NCBI GenBank assembly: GCA_944328495.1 | Contig: CALVHR010000008.1 | Location: 2,385-66,384, forward strand | DNA: 64,000 bases | Origin: an uncultured Clostridia bacterium | GTDB taxonomy: Bacteria > Bacillota > Clostridia > Christensenellales > Borkfalkiaceae | Reading direction: 5' to 3' | In this document: positions 31,081 through 40,900 of the stretch, in pieces | Numbering within the stretch: the stretch's first letter is position 1 | Layout: the number at the start of each line of letters is the position of its first letter | Program-made: the position numbers and the translations under genes | The notes under the pieces: generated by a model | What the model was told of the DNA's origin: nothing | The model's database searches: none | What the model saw: the letters and a program-made list of their open reading frames with translations, nothing else

Positions 31081-32403
31081 TTATTGTGCTGAAGGAACGG
31101 ATTGTCCTAAAACGTTATCGGCATTTTGTGTACAATCGTCCTGCGCTTTTGAAAGAGCTCCTTCACTGCCGCTCGGCGTAAGCGGCAGAGCCTTATCGTT
31201 TTTGAAAAGAAGCTTTAAAAGAATAGGACAGAGAAGGGAGGAAATTACGACGAGCATAATTACGGGCACGACGGGATCGATCATTGTACCGGCGAAAAGT
31301 CCGCCTTCGATGCCCTTGTTGCAGACGACGAGTGCGACTTCGCCGCGGGCGATCATGCCGCATCCGATCTGCGCCGATTCTTTCCAGGAATGTTTATACA
31401 GTTTCGCCACGGCTCCGCAGCCGATGATTTTTCCGGCAATGCCTGCCAGGACAAAACATACGCCGAACAGCAGAAGCATGGGGGAAAAGCCTTCGAAGCT
31501 TGCGCCGATGCCGATGTTGGCGAAGAAAACGGGGGAGAAGATCATGTAAGAATTGATGTCGACTTTGCGGTCTATGTAATGGGTATCGCGCAGGGAAGAG
31601 AGCACAATGCCGGCGGCATAAGCACCCGTAATGTCGGCGATGCCGAACCATGCTTCGGCGGCATAGGCGTAGACGAAGCAGACGACCAGGCTGAGGATCG
31701 GAATACGGCGGGTATGGTCATATTTTTCGGAAAGATATTTAAACAATTTTTTGATAAAATACCCGACGGCGACAGATGCGGCAAAGAAAGCGACGGTCAT
31801 GAGGATCGTGATCCACGGATTTGCGGAAGGGTCTTTGAATCCGATCACGATGGACAATACGACGATACCGATGACGTCGTCGATGATGGCAGCGGAGAGT
31901 ATAACCGTACCGACTTTGCCGTTGAGTTTTCCCATTTCTTTCAGAGTTTCGACGGTAATACCGACGCTTGTGGCGGTCAGGATAACTCCGACAAAGATCG
32001 CATCGAGCAGGATGGAAGAATCCGAGAGAGCGGAAAATCCGCCGAGGAAGGGCACGGCGATGAGGAAGCCGAGCACCATTGGCACGATCACCCCGCCGAG
32101 CGCAATGAGTGTTGCGGGAAGGCCGGAGCGTTTGAGCTCTTTGGTATCCGTTTCCAATCCTGCGGAAAACAAGATGAGCACTACGCCGATCTCGGCGATT
32201 CCGTCGAGGAATTGACTTTCTGTTTCCGTGGGTGCAATCGGGGACCACCAGCCGAATTGGCCCCAGATGGCGGGGCCGATCAGAAGTCCTGCGATCACGG
32301 CGCCGACCACCTGCGGCAGACCGAGCTTGCGCATGAGCATTCCCAAAAGTTTTGTTGCGAGCAGGATGATAGCCAAATCCCAGAAAATTTTTGTAATGTC
32401 CAT
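31081..32403 (-). CDS. cation:proton antiporter (CPA2, Na+/H+ exchanger family)
   Basis: AAAGGAG RBS before Met MDITK. About 12 TM segments with GxxLGP-type N-terminal helices. Confidence 0.85.
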   Translation of the reverse strand: MDITKIFWDLAIILLATKLLGMLMRKLGLPQVVGAVIAGLLIGPAIWGQFGWWSPIAPTETESQFLDGIAEIGVVLILFSAGLETDTKELKRSGLPATLIALGGVIVPMVLGFLIAVPFLGGFSALSDSSILLDAIFVGVILTATSVGITVETLKEMGKLNGKVGTVILSAAIIDDVIGIVVLSIVIGFKDPSANPWITILMTVAFFAASVAVGYFIKKLFKYLSEKYDHTRRIPILSLVVCFVYAYAAEAWFGIADITGAYAAGIVLSSLRDTHYIDRKVDINSYMIFSPVFFANIGIGASFEGFSPMLLLFGVCFVLAGIAGKIIGCGAVAKLYKHSWKESAQIGCGMIARGEVALVVCNKGIEGGLFAGTMIDPVVPVIMLVVISSLLCPILLKLLFKNDKALPLTPSGSEGALSKAQDDCTQNADNVLGQSVPSAQ

Positions 32404-32573
32404 GATTTCTCCTTTTTCAGCCATGAGCAATAATAAACTTTTTTAAAGGAAAAGTCAATAAAATCGTGAAGGAGGTGCGAATTTTTGGGGAAATATTGAC
32501 GCAAAGTTTAAAAAGTAGTATAATGATAGAGACGTCGTAAATACGGCAGACAAAGGCATAGGGGCATACGATT

Positions 32574-33890
32574 ATGTGGTTTGACGAAAGTACGTTTTAT
32601 CAAATTTACCCGCTCGGATATTGCAAGGCGGAACGTGAAAACGATTTTGGAGAGGTGCGGCATCGGCTGCAGTGTATTGAGGATGACATACCGCGCATTC
32701 GAGATCTCGGATTTCGGGCAGTTTTGTTGAATCCTCTGTTTGAGAGCGAGAGACACGGCTATGATACCGTAGATTTTTTCCGGGTGGACCGTCGGCTGGG
32801 CGACAACGGCGATCTTAAGCGTTTGGTTGAAAAATTTCACGAAGCGGGGATCAAGGTCGTTTTGGACGGCGTATTCAATCATGTCGGGAGAAAATTTGCC
32901 GCGTTTGAGGAAGTAAAGAGATACAGGGAAAATTCGGATAAAAAAGATTGGTTTTATATAAATTTCGGCGGCAACAGTCCGTATAATGACGGCTTTTGGT
33001 ATGAAGGCTGGGAAGGTCATATGGAGCTTGTCAAGCTCAATCTGCAGTGCGGGGGAGTAACCGATTACATTCGCCGTGCGGTTGAGTTCTGGATAGACGA
33101 ATTCGGGATCGACGGATTGCGGCTGGACGTGGCATATCTTCTTCCCGAGTGGTTTTTTGAATTTTTGCGCCGCATTGGACGGGCAAAGCGTCTGGACTTT
33201 TTCCTGATGGGGGAAGTCATTCATATACAGAATTTTGCGAAGAATATTTCGTCCGAGCGGCTGGATTCGGTGACGGACTATGAATGTTACAAGGGCTTGA
33301 CGTCTGCGCTCAATTCGGACAATTTTTTTGAGATCGCGCATTCGTTGGAGCGATTGTTCGGGGTGCAGCAATGGTGCCTTTACACAGGAAAAAATCTTTT
33401 CAATTTTGCGGACAATCACGACGTTTCCCGCGCGTTTACAGCGCTCAAAGACAAGAGGAAGCTTTCCGCGCTGTACGCGGTGCTGTACACGATGCCGGGC
33501 ATTCCGTGCGTATATTATGGGTCGGAATACGGTGCAGAGGGAGATAAGTCGCAGGGAGACGATGCGCTCCGTCCTGCGTTTGACGCCATAGACAAAAACA
33601 AAAACGGCGAACTTTGTGCGCTGATCGGAAAATTAAATGCGATACGGTGCAGGGAAAAAGCGCTTGCCTATGGCAATTTTGAGCGTTGCGTGTTGAATAA
33701 TAAATACATGTGTTTCCGCCGCGAAAAGGATGGGGATCGCATCTATTGCGCGTTCAATATTTCGGAAGGCGACGTGACTGTGCGGGTGGAAGAAGCGGAG
33801 GGGACCGACCTTCTCAGCGGCGAAGTGCGCAACCTCAACGATATTTACCTGCCGCCCTTTGCCGTAAAAATCTTTAAAAAGAACGGATAA
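32574..33890 (+). CDS. cytoplasmic GH13 alpha-amylase-family glycosidase
   Basis: GH13 regions I-IV: VVLDGVFNHVG, GLRLDVAYLL, FFLMGEVIH and FADNHDVSR. No signal peptide. TTGACG-17-TATAAT promoter upstream. Confidence 0.85.
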   Translation: MWFDESTFYQIYPLGYCKAERENDFGEVRHRLQCIEDDIPRIRDLGFRAVLLNPLFESERHGYDTVDFFRVDRRLGDNGDLKRLVEKFHEAGIKVVLDGVFNHVGRKFAAFEEVKRYRENSDKKDWFYINFGGNSPYNDGFWYEGWEGHMELVKLNLQCGGVTDYIRRAVEFWIDEFGIDGLRLDVAYLLPEWFFEFLRRIGRAKRLDFFLMGEVIHIQNFAKNISSERLDSVTDYECYKGLTSALNSDNFFEIAHSLERLFGVQQWCLYTGKNLFNFADNHDVSRAFTALKDKRKLSALYAVLYTMPGIPCVYYGSEYGAEGDKSQGDDALRPAFDAIDKNKNGELCALIGKLNAIRCREKALAYGNFERCVLNNKYMCFRREKDGDRIYCAFNISEGDVTVRVEEAEGTDLLSGEVRNLNDIYLPPFAVKIFKKNG

Positions 33891-33910
33891 AGCCGTGAAG
33901 AGAGGGGAAA

Positions 33911-34378
33911 ATGCGGAATACGGTACGGATATGGGGCAATGTGTTCCTGATTCTTTTGGTTGCGGCGGCGGTTCTGTTTGTACCGTCGGCATCGTGTAGC
34001 GCGATATACGACAGTGCGCGCGCGTCCTGTGAAGGAAGTATTTTTGATGCCTTGCGGCAATTGCATGTCACTAAAAACGGGATAGAGTTTTATGTTCGCG
34101 GGGAGAATGCGCGCATCGTGTTGACCTTTTTGGCGGCGATCGGCGCCGCTGTATTGGGGACTTTCAGAAAAGGGGCGTTGCTGAGTATTCTGTTGTATGT
34201 GGCGGCACTTCTTCTTTTGGCGGATTGCGTATTCATTCATGAATTTTCGGCGCAGTATGCGGGAGAAGGAATGACGGGCTACACGGGATATAGTTGGTTT
34301 ATTTTTGCGGATATTGCAATTTTTGCGCTTGTATTTACGGCGCAGAGGGTATTGTTGCAAAGGACTGTAAAACAGTAA
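33911..34378 (+). CDS. hypothetical membrane protein (155 aa)
   Basis: GAGGGG RBS and four hydrophobic segments. Followed by a terminator. Confidence 0.55.
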   Translation: MRNTVRIWGNVFLILLVAAAVLFVPSASCSAIYDSARASCEGSIFDALRQLHVTKNGIEFYVRGENARIVLTFLAAIGAAVLGTFRKGALLSILLYVAALLLLADCVFIHEFSAQYAGEGMTGYTGYSWFIFADIAIFALVFTAQRVLLQRTVKQ

Positions 34379-34385
34379 TTTACAG

Positions 34386-34420
34386 GCGGGCGGCGCAATG
34401 TGGATTGCGCCGCCCGCTTT
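34386..34420 (+). terminator. intrinsic terminator
   Basis: GCGGGCGGCGCAAT / ATTGCGCCGCCCGC 14-bp stem followed by TTT. Confidence 0.75.
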
Positions 34421-34544
34421 GCATAAAAAAATTTTTACAAAAAAAGGAAACAGGCTGTGCAAACGATAGACAAACGCCGCAATTCTTATTATAATGAGGC
34501 GGTCAAATCTGATAACATAATTTCGTACAGACAAAAGGTTTCGC

Positions 34545-35921
34545 ATGAAAGGTTCGATAGATCTCACGACAGGGAGTCCCTGGAAAAACATATTGCTTTT
34601 CTGTATACCGATTCTGATCAGCAACGTTTTTCAGCAGCTTTACAGTATGGTCGATACGATCATCGTCGGAAAAACTATTTCGCTGTCCGCGCTCGCCGCT
34701 GTCGGTTGTACAGGTTCGATCAGTTTTTTGGTGATCGGTTTTATATCCGGCATTACGAGCGGCTTCGGAGTGCTTTTGGCACAGCTGTTCGGTGCAAAGG
34801 ATGAAGAGAATTATAAATATGCGCTGGGTACCTGCTGTATCCTGAGCATAATCATTGCCGTTGTCGTGACGGCGATTGCCGTACCGACGGCAAAGCCGCT
34901 GTTGCGTCTCATGCGGACGGGCGACGACATTCTTGCGGATGCACATTCATACATAGTCACGATCTATTGGGGCATTGCGGCGACGATCATTTATAATATG
35001 TCGGCGGCGATGTTGCGGTCGATCGGGGACAGCCGTTCGCCTTTGATTTTTCTCATTCTTGCCTCTGTTTTGAATATCGGTTTTGATTTTTTGTGTATAC
35101 TTGTTTTTAAAATGGGAGTCATGGGTGCAGGCGTTGCGACGGTTGCTTCGCAGTTTTTGGCGGGTGCGGCATGCCTGGCGTATGGTTTGAAAAGGTATCC
35201 GATGCTGCGCATCGGCAAAGAGCATTTCCGTTGGAAGGGGAACCTGGCGGCGAAACTGATGAAAGTCGGATTGCCGATGGCGTTGCAGTTTTCGATCACG
35301 GCGATCGGGATCATGGTTGTGCAGTCGGTTCTCAATTCTATGGGAACGCTTACGGTTGCGGCGTATACGGCGGCTTCCAAGATCGACAACTTTGCGCAGC
35401 AGCCGTTTATTGCGCTCGGTGCCGCGATCGCAACGTACTGTGCGCAAAATTACGGTGCGCATAAATTTGAGCGGATCCGAAAGGGCATGAATGTCGGGCT
35501 GATCTGTGTATTTATCGTAAGCGCAGTGGGCTTTTTGCTTGTATTTGCGTTGAAGATACCGCTATTGAAATTATTTTCGGACGATTACCGCTCGATCGAA
35601 GACCTTGCAGTTTTGTATTTGTATATCAACTCCGGCTGTTATTTGTTTTTGGGACTTATACATTTGTATCGCAACGGGATCCAGGGAATGGGATTTTCGG
35701 CAGTCACGATGCTTTCGGGGGTTACGGAGCTTGTCATGCGCGTAATTGCAGCGCTTGTTTTTGCCCGGTTTTTCGGATATGTGGGGGTCAGCGTCGCCAG
35801 TCCGACGGCGTGGCTGGGCGCAGACATTATCCTCATTGCGATCTATGTGCGGCTGTACCGCAAATTTATGAAGCCTGCGCTTTCGCGCGAACGAAATCAG
35901 TTAAAAACAAATCGCAGTTGA
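34545..35921 (+). CDS. MATE family efflux transporter
   Basis: 458 aa, 12 TM, typical MATE N-terminus (LTTGSPWKNILLFCIPILISNVFQQLYSMVDTIIVG). Confidence 0.9.
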   Translation: MKGSIDLTTGSPWKNILLFCIPILISNVFQQLYSMVDTIIVGKTISLSALAAVGCTGSISFLVIGFISGITSGFGVLLAQLFGAKDEENYKYALGTCCILSIIIAVVVTAIAVPTAKPLLRLMRTGDDILADAHSYIVTIYWGIAATIIYNMSAAMLRSIGDSRSPLIFLILASVLNIGFDFLCILVFKMGVMGAGVATVASQFLAGAACLAYGLKRYPMLRIGKEHFRWKGNLAAKLMKVGLPMALQFSITAIGIMVVQSVLNSMGTLTVAAYTAASKIDNFAQQPFIALGAAIATYCAQNYGAHKFERIRKGMNVGLICVFIVSAVGFLLVFALKIPLLKLFSDDYRSIEDLAVLYLYINSGCYLFLGLIHLYRNGIQGMGFSAVTMLSGVTELVMRVIAALVFARFFGYVGVSVASPTAWLGADIILIAIYVRLYRKFMKPALSRERNQLKTNRS

Positions 35922-35926
35922 AGGCG

Positions 35927-35961
35927 TTCATCCCGCAGAAAGTCCTGCGGGATGAATTTTT
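35927..35961 (+). terminator. MATE gene terminator
   Basis: TTCATCCCGCAG / CTGCGGGATGAA stem followed by TTTTT. Confidence 0.85.
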
Positions 35962-35995
35962 ATAAAAGAATTTGTATGGAAATTGCTTTAAAGCG

Positions 35996-36049
35996 TTGAC
36001 TTTTTATACGAATGAATGTATAATTATTCTCATGAATGTATAAATATTC
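35996..36049 (+). promoter_or_regulatory. symporter promoter with tandem 18-bp direct repeat
   Basis: TTGACT (35996-36001), 17-nt spacer, TATAAT (36019-36024). ATGAATGTATAAtTATTC (36012-36029) repeats as ATGAATGTATAAaTATTC (36032-36049). Confidence 0.6.
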
Positions 36050-36088
36050 CAATATGCATAATTCGGGAGAGCGTGAGGAAGAAAGAAA

Positions 36089-37741
36089 ATGGAAGCGATA
36101 CTGTACATAGGAATATTGCTTGCGTATTTTGCGGTAATGATCTTGATCGGGGTTCGAAACAGCCGCAGTTCGAAGTCGGTGCAGGGTTTTGTGCTGGGCG
36201 GAAGGTCGGTGGGGCCTTGGCTTACGGCCTTTGCGTACGGGACCTCATATTTTTCGGCGGTTATTTTCATCGGGTATGCAGGGCAATTCGGCTGGAATTT
36301 CGGGATCGCGGCGACGTGGATCGGGATCGGGAATGCTTTGATCGGGTCGCTTCTTGCCTGGGCGGTGCTCGGCAGGCGTACGCGGGTGATGACGCAGCAA
36401 CTGGATTCGGCGACCATGCCCGATTATTTCGGGAAGCGTTTCGGCGACGGAAAATTGAAAATTGCGGCGTCGGTAATTATTTTTATTTTTCTTATACCGT
36501 ATACGGCCTCGTTGTATAAGGGATTGGGGAGTCTGTTTGCGATGGCTTTCAGCATTCCGTACTGGGTATGTATCCTGATCATGGCTGCGGTGACGGCTGT
36601 ATACGTACTGGTCGGCGGATATATGGCGACGGTTTGGAATGATTTCATTCAGGGCTTGATCATGCTGTTCGGGATCGTGGTCATCGTTGCGGCGGTGCTT
36701 ATGAGCAAGGGCGGACTGACCGATGCGATCGCGCAGCTTTCGCAGGTATCGTCGGGAGATTTGAACGGCGCGTATGTATCTTTTTTCGGACCCGATCTGT
36801 ACGGACTGATCATGGTTGTGATACTGACCAGCCTGGGCACGTGGGGCCTGCCGCAGATGGTGCAGAAATTTTATTCGATCAAGAGCGAGAGCTCAGTCAA
36901 GACGGGCATGATCGTGAGCACCGTTTTTGCGCTTGTTGTGGCGGGAGGGTGTTATTTTCTCGGTGGATTCGGCAGATTGTTTGTAACGGGATCGTCGCCT
37001 GCTTTTGATACGATTGTCCCGACAATGCTCCGCGAAAGCCTCCCCGCAGTGCTGATCGCGCTTGTGTTGATTTTGGTGGTTTCGGCATCCATGAGCACAC
37101 TTTCTTCACTGGTCATGAGTTCGAGTTCGACGATCACGCTCGATTTGATCCGCGGGGTAAAAAAGGATTTGGGACATCAGAGCCAGATGGTGCTGATCCG
37201 CGTGTTTGTGGCGGCGTTCATCGTGATCAGTGCGGTGATTGCGATTTTGTACGAAGAATTTCAGCTCGCGTTCATCGCGCAGATGATGGGGGTAAGCTGG
37301 GGCGCGCTCGCCGGGGCATTTCTTGCGCCCTATCTGTACAGCCTGTACTGGAAGCGTACCAGCAGAGCTGCCTGCTGGACCTGTTTCGTGTTCGGAGTGG
37401 CGATGAGCCTTGCGGCGCTTGTGATCTCGCTGAGCAAATCTTCTCTTCCGCAGTCTTTTATTGATTCTTTCTTGTATAAATATCTGTTTGGTTCATCCAT
37501 CTATGTCGGGTCGTGGACGATGCTGATCGGATTGGCGATCGTGCCTGTCGTGTCCCTGTTTACGAAGAAACCGGATCAGAGCCGATTGGGAGAATTGTTC
37601 CGTCCGTTCGGGCAACTGAACGAAGCGGTGGAAACGGCGGTGGAAGGGTATCTGACCAAACAACCGTCGGTCAGCTTGAAAAAAGAACAAACTGCGTCTG
37701 GCGCCGAAGAGGAGTTTGAGGCGGTCGGAGAGGAAAAATAA
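36089..37741 (+). CDS. sodium:solute symporter family transporter
   Basis: 550 aa, about 13 TM, SSF pattern (GGRSVGPWLTAFAYGTSYFSAVIFIGYAG). Hydrophilic C-terminal tail. Confidence 0.9.
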   Translation: MEAILYIGILLAYFAVMILIGVRNSRSSKSVQGFVLGGRSVGPWLTAFAYGTSYFSAVIFIGYAGQFGWNFGIAATWIGIGNALIGSLLAWAVLGRRTRVMTQQLDSATMPDYFGKRFGDGKLKIAASVIIFIFLIPYTASLYKGLGSLFAMAFSIPYWVCILIMAAVTAVYVLVGGYMATVWNDFIQGLIMLFGIVVIVAAVLMSKGGLTDAIAQLSQVSSGDLNGAYVSFFGPDLYGLIMVVILTSLGTWGLPQMVQKFYSIKSESSVKTGMIVSTVFALVVAGGCYFLGGFGRLFVTGSSPAFDTIVPTMLRESLPAVLIALVLILVVSASMSTLSSLVMSSSSTITLDLIRGVKKDLGHQSQMVLIRVFVAAFIVISAVIAILYEEFQLAFIAQMMGVSWGALAGAFLAPYLYSLYWKRTSRAACWTCFVFGVAMSLAALVISLSKSSLPQSFIDSFLYKYLFGSSIYVGSWTMLIGLAIVPVVSLFTKKPDQSRLGELFRPFGQLNEAVETAVEGYLTKQPSVSLKKEQTASGAEEEFEAVGEEK

Positions 37742-37762
37742 GTAAACACATTGCATTTATAT

Positions 37763-37806
37763 GCGGCGGCGCCGCCTCGTTTGCGAGGCGGCGCCGCCGC
37801 ATTTTA
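37763..37806 (+). terminator. symporter terminator
   Basis: 17-bp stem GCGGCGGCGCCGCCTCG / CGAGGCGGCGCCGCCGC followed by ATTTT. Confidence 0.85.
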
Positions 37807-37865
37807 TCGGCAAATAATCGGCAAAAAGCTGTTGTAATGTTTTGTCATATTTTTTTGTGATTTGT

Positions 37866-37919
37866 TTGACAATTCTTATAAAATTTATTATAATGATCGT
37901 GTCATAAAAAGGTATGACA
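37866..37919 (+). promoter_or_regulatory. perfect consensus promoter plus inverted repeat in front of the giant lipoprotein gene
   Basis: TTGACA (37866-37871), 17-nt spacer, TATAAT (37889-37894). Inverted repeat TGTCATA-N6-TATGACA at 37900-37919. Confidence 0.7.
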
Positions 37920-37936
37920 ATGAGAGAGTAAGGGAC

Positions 37937-40900
37937 ATGAGCGGTAAGAAAAGATTTTTCAAAAAGAAAAAGTTCTTGATATGCTCTTTAATTTGCTTGA
38001 TAACCATCGTTCTGGGAGCGACGGTCTTTTTTGCGTGCAGCGGCGGATCGGGTGAAAAGATCACCGTGTCCAAAGTCAGCCAAAGCATATGCATGACGCC
38101 TCCGGAAGACGGTTCGTCGCCCGAGGATTACGGGAATCTCGATAATATTGCATATATCGTGGGGCGTTTGACGCAGCGCAGTTTTTACCATACCGATTCC
38201 GAGTCGCATGTGACTACGGCGGGGATGGAGCAGTTTGTGGAAGGGGGCAAAGACTATAAGGACGGAGTCACGCTTGCGACTTCGCTGTGCTGGAGCAAGG
38301 GGACACTGAGCTCGTTTGCGCCCGATCCTGTGGCGATGCAAAAATTTTTCGGGGAAGATAAGGCAGTCATACGTACGGCAGTTTCTTCCGATCCCGATGA
38401 TTGGAACGGCATGCAAACGGAGTGGAAAACGGGCGATCCCGATCAAATTCTCGGCACGGACGAATATGTCAATTATTACGGGATGTGGGGGACGGAATTC
38501 AGCGATTATGTGATCAACGAAAAGACCTGTCTGTCGTTTACCGATCTGCAAAAGAGCGGGGACACGTACTCGTTCACGATTGAGCTGGAACCCAACGAAT
38601 CGACAAAATACTATAAGATTCAGATGAAGACGATGGGCGGGCTCGACGATTATCCCGATTTTTCGTCTGTACTGATGACGGTAGAATTTACGTCGGACTG
38701 GACGATCACCAAGCTTTCGGTCGAAGAGAAATACAACACGAAAAAAGTGATTTCGGTCAGTTGTGAAGGCACGACGGTCATCGAATTTAACTATGCGGAA
38801 GAGAGCGTGGACGTATCCGCATATGAAAATTATTTTGTAAAATATGCAAACGCGGCGTCTACGGGCATTGCGGAAAAAGAGCCGACGGCGATCGACTATC
38901 TTACGCAGGGCGTATTGCCGGCAATCAGCGGCGGTACGCCGTTGGCGGTCCGTGCGGATATCGGCGGGAACGTGGTATCGGGCAGGATCGCATTGGAACT
39001 GGGGGATTTGTCGGGACTTTTGAGCGGATCGGGCGATCTTTCGGGGATTGCGGACGATCTGTTGAGCGGGCTTGTCCTGCGGGCGGAACTCGGATCTCTG
39101 CAAGTGCTTTTGCAACAGGGGACGATGTACGCGCAGTATAAAGATTTTCTGGGCAAGATCGCGGTTTCAGATGTTTTGGGACTGGTCGGGGACGTAACTT
39201 TCTCATTGGACATGTCCGCATTGCAGACGGCGATTGCGGACAGCACGATACTCAAAAGCGGAAGCGAGACGTTGTTGCTGTGCGCTTTGCCCTTGGGCGG
39301 GCAGGAGATTTCTCTTGAATTCGGATTCAAACAGACGGACGGTCTGATATCCTTCGAATACATAACGGCAGACCTGAATATAGCGGGCACGGATGCCGCG
39401 ATACGGGTCGCGCCCTCGAAATCGAATGAGGGCTTTGCGCAGATCGATACTTCTGCGGCAGTGGATCTGAAGCCGTACATTGACGGAGTGCTCGGTATCC
39501 TTGCGGGCGGTTCGTTTGACGTGCAGATTGCGTACGGCGAGGAAACATCGCCTGTACGGGCGGAAGGCAATATTGCCGTATCCGTTCAGCCGTTTGCGGC
39601 GAGCGGCGAGCTGGCACTGACGTTGCAGCCTTCGCTTTTTGGTAGTGACGGCGAAGCGCTGATTCTTCCCGTATCGTTTGCGATCACGGGCGAAGACGTT
39701 TACCTGCGTGCGGGCAACATTGCCGTTGTGACGTCTGTGAGCGATCTCAAAGAGGGGCTTTCTTCCGTACTCGGTCTGTTCGGTGCGGCAATGCCTTCAC
39801 TAGATTTTGGCGGGACGGACGTTGCGGCGATCTTGGCGGGCGTGATCGGCATGGATTTCGATGCGCTGATCCGTTCGCTCACGCTGACCGAGCAGTCGCT
39901 CGGGCTGATTGTGGACGGCGACATTCTTGTCGATGCATTGGCTCCGCTGATCGGAGAAACGGATTTTGAGCTCGGCGAGATCGTGGCGGAATATGATGCC
40001 GCATCGGGGGTGTTTGCGCTCGAAGCGATGGGCGCGTCCGTGTTGCTTTCCGGCAGGACGGAGGCGGTCCCGATGCCCGATGCGGACGAATACGTGGCGT
40101 TTGATCTTGCGCAGGCGGCTTCGGAAGCAATTGCGGCAGTGCAGAGCATTCAAAACGGCGAAACGGGATTTGCATTTACGCTGAATGTAGCGGGCGAGAC
40201 GCTGGAAGCGGATGCCGTATTGGAAATGCGGGAAGGCAAGTTTGTGCGTTTGCAGGCGCAGCTCGGCGACTTGTCTGCAATGTTTCAGGACGGGGCTGTA
40301 TATGTAAGCTATAAAGGCATGCTCGGTAAGCTTGCGGCAAGCGATGTTGCGGGTATGTTCTCTTCGGATAACGGAATCTCGTTGGATATTGCCGCATTGG
40401 CAGGCTCTCTGCTCGCTTCGCGCCTGGAAAAAGACGGGGATCAGTATACGCTGCGCGCAGCGCTCGCTTTCGGGGAAGCGGAGATCCCGGTCGAATTTGT
40501 CTTTGCACAGACAAAAACGCGTACGTCGTTGGAATATGTGCGCGTTCGCGCCGAGTTGTTCGGCATGGAAGCGGATGCAAAACTCTCCTTTGATCAAACG
40601 GTGACGCTGCCCGCCTTTGACACGAACGGCGCGGTCGATCTGATGCCGTATATTGAAAGCATTCGCGGGCTGATCGAAGGCGGACGTTACAAACTTGATT
40701 TGAATTATACGGCAGAGCAGTTTGCCGTCAAGGGAACTGTCGTTCTCGATGCGGCGGACGGACTCAAAGCAGAGGGGAACATCACTCTTACTTTGGGAGC
40801 GTATTCCCTGCCTATACAGTTTGTTCTGGTCGGTGAAAATATTTATCTGAAAGTGTTCGACATAAAAATCGGCGGGACGCTTTCGGAAGTGGGCAGTATG

